Shown: positions 61,375 through 64,000 of the stretch, piece by piece
How positions within the stretch are numbered: the first letter of the stretch is position 1
Layout of the letters: the number at the start of each line of letters is the position of its first letter
Source of the DNA: Leptonemataceae bacterium
GTDB lineage: Bacteria > Spirochaetota > Leptospiria > Leptospirales > Leptonemataceae
Assembly: GCA_965227295.1 (NCBI GenBank)
Contig: OZ245742.1
Coordinates: 5,440,001 to 5,504,000 of the forward strand
Length of the DNA: 64,000 nt
Direction: 5' to 3'
Translations under genes and position numbers: made by a program
Notes under the pieces: generated by a model
The model's database searches: none
What the model was told of the DNA's origin: nothing
What the model saw: only the letters and a program-made list of their open reading frames with translations

Positions 61375-62394
61375 ATGAACAGTGACGACGGCGGGGACGG
61401 CGGGCAAAGCGCCGCCGCGCAAAGAGCACGCTATCTCTGGGTGGGCACGATCATGGCGATCGTGGCCGCCTTCGGTTTTTCGTTTAAGTCGATCTTCGTG
61501 CGTCTGGGCTTTGAGGCCTACGGCAACGACGGTCTGGACACGGTAACGCTCATGCTCATGCGTTTCTCGCTGAGCGCGCCGGTTTTTCTGCTGCTTCTGT
61601 GGATCACCGAAGGAGCCGCCGGTTTTCGCCTTTCGAAGCGGGAACTGATCGTCTTTCCACTCCAGGGCGTCATCGGCTTTTGCGGTTCCATGTTCTTCTC
61701 GTTTCAGGCCATCGCGGCCCTCGGGGCGTCTCTCGCGACGTTGATTGTATTTTCGTATCCGGCGCTGGTGATTCTTACGTTAGGTTTACTCGATCGCAAG
61801 TTACACATGCGGCAGATATTCGCCGCGCTGCTGTCGTTCGGCGGCCTGGGGCTGATCGTGTTACCGACGAACGGGTCGGGCATTTCGGCGTTCTCCATGA
61901 ACGGTACCGCGCTCTGGCTCGGCGTGCTCTACGGCCTGGCCGCGGCGGGTTGCTTCGCGTTTTACAACGTGCTCACGGACCGCTGTTTGCCCGGCGTATC
62001 GCCGGTGAAGATGGCCACGGGCGCGCTCACGGCGGCGACCCTGTTCATGATGCTCGGTTTCGGCCGGCGCGAGTACCCCATGATCGCCGGCGCCTGGGGC
62101 GTGGCCGGCCTGCTCGCCATCGTTGCCGGGGTGGTGCCCTTTTTGTTTTTCCTGTACGCCATCCGGCGGCTTGGAGCCGGGCCGGTAACGATCATTAACT
62201 TACTCGGACCGGCATTTAACGTTCTGTGGGCGTTCCTGTTTTTCGATGAATCGAAAACGGCCCTGCAGTTCGGCGGCATCGCTTTGATCTTCGCCGGCGT
62301 CGTAAGTTTGCGACTGAATCCGTTGGAGCGGCTGCGGGGCTTCGCGAGGTACTGGAGGAAACCGGGCGTCTGCGCGCGCGTGGCGGGGAAGTAG
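61375..62394 (+). CDS. EamA/DMT-family transporter
   Basis: About ten TM segments in two halves; ASLATLIVFSYPALV, AIRRLGAG, AFLFFDE; GGAGG RBS. Confidence 0.92.
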   Translation: MNSDDGGDGGQSAAAQRARYLWVGTIMAIVAAFGFSFKSIFVRLGFEAYGNDGLDTVTLMLMRFSLSAPVFLLLLWITEGAAGFRLSKRELIVFPLQGVIGFCGSMFFSFQAIAALGASLATLIVFSYPALVILTLGLLDRKLHMRQIFAALLSFGGLGLIVLPTNGSGISAFSMNGTALWLGVLYGLAAAGCFAFYNVLTDRCLPGVSPVKMATGALTAATLFMMLGFGRREYPMIAGAWGVAGLLAIVAGVVPFLFFLYAIRRLGAGPVTIINLLGPAFNVLWAFLFFDESKTALQFGGIALIFAGVVSLRLNPLERLRGFARYWRKPGVCARVAGK

Positions 62395-62399
62395 GAAGT

Positions 62400-62565
62400 G
62401 ACTCCGAGGACCGAGGTTCCGAGGGAAGAGTTGGGAGAGGGATTGGAATCGTGAGAGTCGGTTACGTATGTATGGATGATTCAAAATTAGATCATCCATA
62501 GCCCGTAAACGACCGGACCACGAAAACCCTCCCTTCTTCCCCTCGGTACCTCGGTCCTCGGAGTC
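62400..62565. repeat. Family B inverted-arm element 3
   Basis: Left arm GACTCCGAGGACCGAGGTTCCGAGGGAAG, right arm CTTCCCCTCGGTACCTCGGTCCTCGGAGTC; internal inverted repeat TATGGATGAT/ATCATCCATA at 62471-62500. Confidence 0.88.
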
Positions 62566-62615
62566 TATCCCCGCGCGCGTTTAATTTGGCCGGCACGCTC
62601 TCCGATACGATATCC

Positions 62616-64000
62616 GTGAAGCTTCGCGTTCTTTTGTTTTCGCTGGCGACTGTGTTGCCGCTCGCATCGCTCTCCGCACAGCCCGCCGGTGAGGCCGTGC
62701 ATCTTCTGAACACCGAGGTCTTTCGCCTGCACGCCGGCGATGAACTGACTTCCGTTGATGATCGCGTGCAGCTCGTCGAAGGCCGTCTGGAGCAGTTGCT
62801 GCACGCGGAGTTTGTACCGGAAGAGCTGGAGATTCGCGGCGGCGAAGACTTTGCGGATCTATACTACGGCGAGACCGTGCTCGTGCGTTTTTCGAAAGCC
62901 GACGCGGCGGCCTATGATCGCAGTCCGGACGCCGTCGCGCGCGATGCCGGTCGGGCCCTCGAAGCGTTCTTCGCGGAGCTGGAAGCGCAACGCCGCAACG
63001 CCGGCCCGCCCGTCGAGCAGGTGGATGTGCAAACGATCTCCGATCTCGCGTGGGAGTTTGTGCTGCGCGAGGACGTGGGTTTGATCCTGCGCACGTCGGG
63101 CATCACGCTGCTGCTGCTCGTCAGCCTCGGCACGGTCTTTTACCTGCTCACGAGATTTTTTAATTTTCTGTATGCCCGCCTGGAACATCTCGAAGGTTCT
63201 TTTCGTCGCTCATTGCGCGTACGCAACGTGGAGTTGATCAGCGCCGAAACTCTGCACGGTGTATTTCTTTCGTCTCTACGCACGGCGCACTTGATCGTCT
63301 CGTTGCTCACCGTACTCATCTTTGCGAACTTCGTGCTCGGTTTGTTTCCCGACTCGCAGGAACTCTCGGTAAAAGAGTACGTGCGCGGCGGTGTCTATGC
63401 AATCTTGATTACGATCTTCGCCGTGAACCTGACCGGTGCCGTCAGCCGCCTGTTCCGCTGGATTCGCGCAAGCCTGCCGGCCTGGCAGAAACGGCTGCTC
63501 CCCGATCTTAAGTTCCAGCGCATGGTCCTGCTCTCCTCGCAGCAGGCCCTGGCCTTCCTCCAGGGCGCAGTTCGATTTCTGCACGTACTTACGAATCTGT
63601 TGCTGGCCTATCTCTACTTCGCCGCCGTGTTCGGTCTTTTTCAAGCCACGCGCGACTGGGCCGGCGCGCTCTTAACGTACATTGCGCAACCGTTATACGG
63701 AGCCGCCGCGGCCTTTGCGGCGTATCTGCCGAACTTATTTTTCATTATCGTGGCAGTGCTCGTTACACGCACGATCATTCGCGTGACCGGCCTGCTCTTC
63801 AACGCGGCCGGCCGCGGACGCATTCAGATCGGTGGTTTTTATCCGGAATGGGCGCGGCCCACTCACAGGTTGGTTTCGGTCCTGTTGATCGTGTTTACCG
63901 CGGTTATCGTTTTTCCGTACCTGCCGGGCGCGGACTCGGAAGCCTTTCAGGGCATTTCGATTTTCCTGGGCTTTATGATATCTCTGGGGTCCTCGGCGTT
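62616..64000 (+). CDS. MscS-family mechanosensitive channel (runs off window end)
   Basis: Read manually. GTG start, signal peptide MKLRVLLFSLA..., later AYLPNLFFI and GFYPEWARPTHRLV...FPYLPGADSEAFQGISIFLGFMISLGSS. Confidence 0.88.
   Translation, partial: MKLRVLLFSLATVLPLASLSAQPAGEAVHLLNTEVFRLHAGDELTSVDDRVQLVEGRLEQLLHAEFVPEELEIRGGEDFADLYYGETVLVRFSKADAAAYDRSPDAVARDAGRALEAFFAELEAQRRNAGPPVEQVDVQTISDLAWEFVLREDVGLILRTSGITLLLLVSLGTVFYLLTRFFNFLYARLEHLEGSFRRSLRVRNVELISAETLHGVFLSSLRTAHLIVSLLTVLIFANFVLGLFPDSQELSVKEYVRGGVYAILITIFAVNLTGAVSRLFRWIRASLPAWQKRLLPDLKFQRMVLLSSQQALAFLQGAVRFLHVLTNLLLAYLYFAAVFGLFQATRDWAGALLTYIAQPLYGAAAAFAAYLPNLFFIIVAVLVTRTIIRVTGLLFNAAGRGRIQIGGFYPEWARPTHRLVSVLLIVFTAVIVFPYLPGADSEAFQGISIFLGFMISLGSSA

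Overview
A GC-rich bacterial chromosomal window, most likely from a Leptospiraceae spirochaete. This is inferred from the LipL71/LruA-like lipoprotein next to STAS and tgt, the ruvB-TonB pairing, and several Leptospira-type hypothetical proteins. Housekeeping genes (bamA, recN, ruvB, map, tgt, leuS, tRNA-Arg(CCG), RluA, acyl-CoA dehydrogenase, desaturase, MscS) alternate with accessory patches. The most notable items are: (1) a stand-alone ~1975-aa DUF6519-type fibre gene with Ig-like, DUF2341 and LamG-like modules and three tail-collar/tip units, with no sheath, tube or baseplate genes in the window; (2) three copies of a ~110-bp structured repeat with compensatory base changes, each at an accessory-gene boundary; (3) a second repeat family of inverted CCGAGG-multimer arms enclosing unrelated spacers; (4) a small nuclease islet (low-GC HNH-like gene, EcoRII-like endonuclease with no adjacent methyltransferase, Uma2); (5) a probable leader-peptide attenuator upstream of an EamA transporter; and (6) two pseudogenes carrying internal deletions. 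I saw no CRISPR array, rRNA, transposase or integrase. All family assignments come from motif recognition by eye, not database searches.
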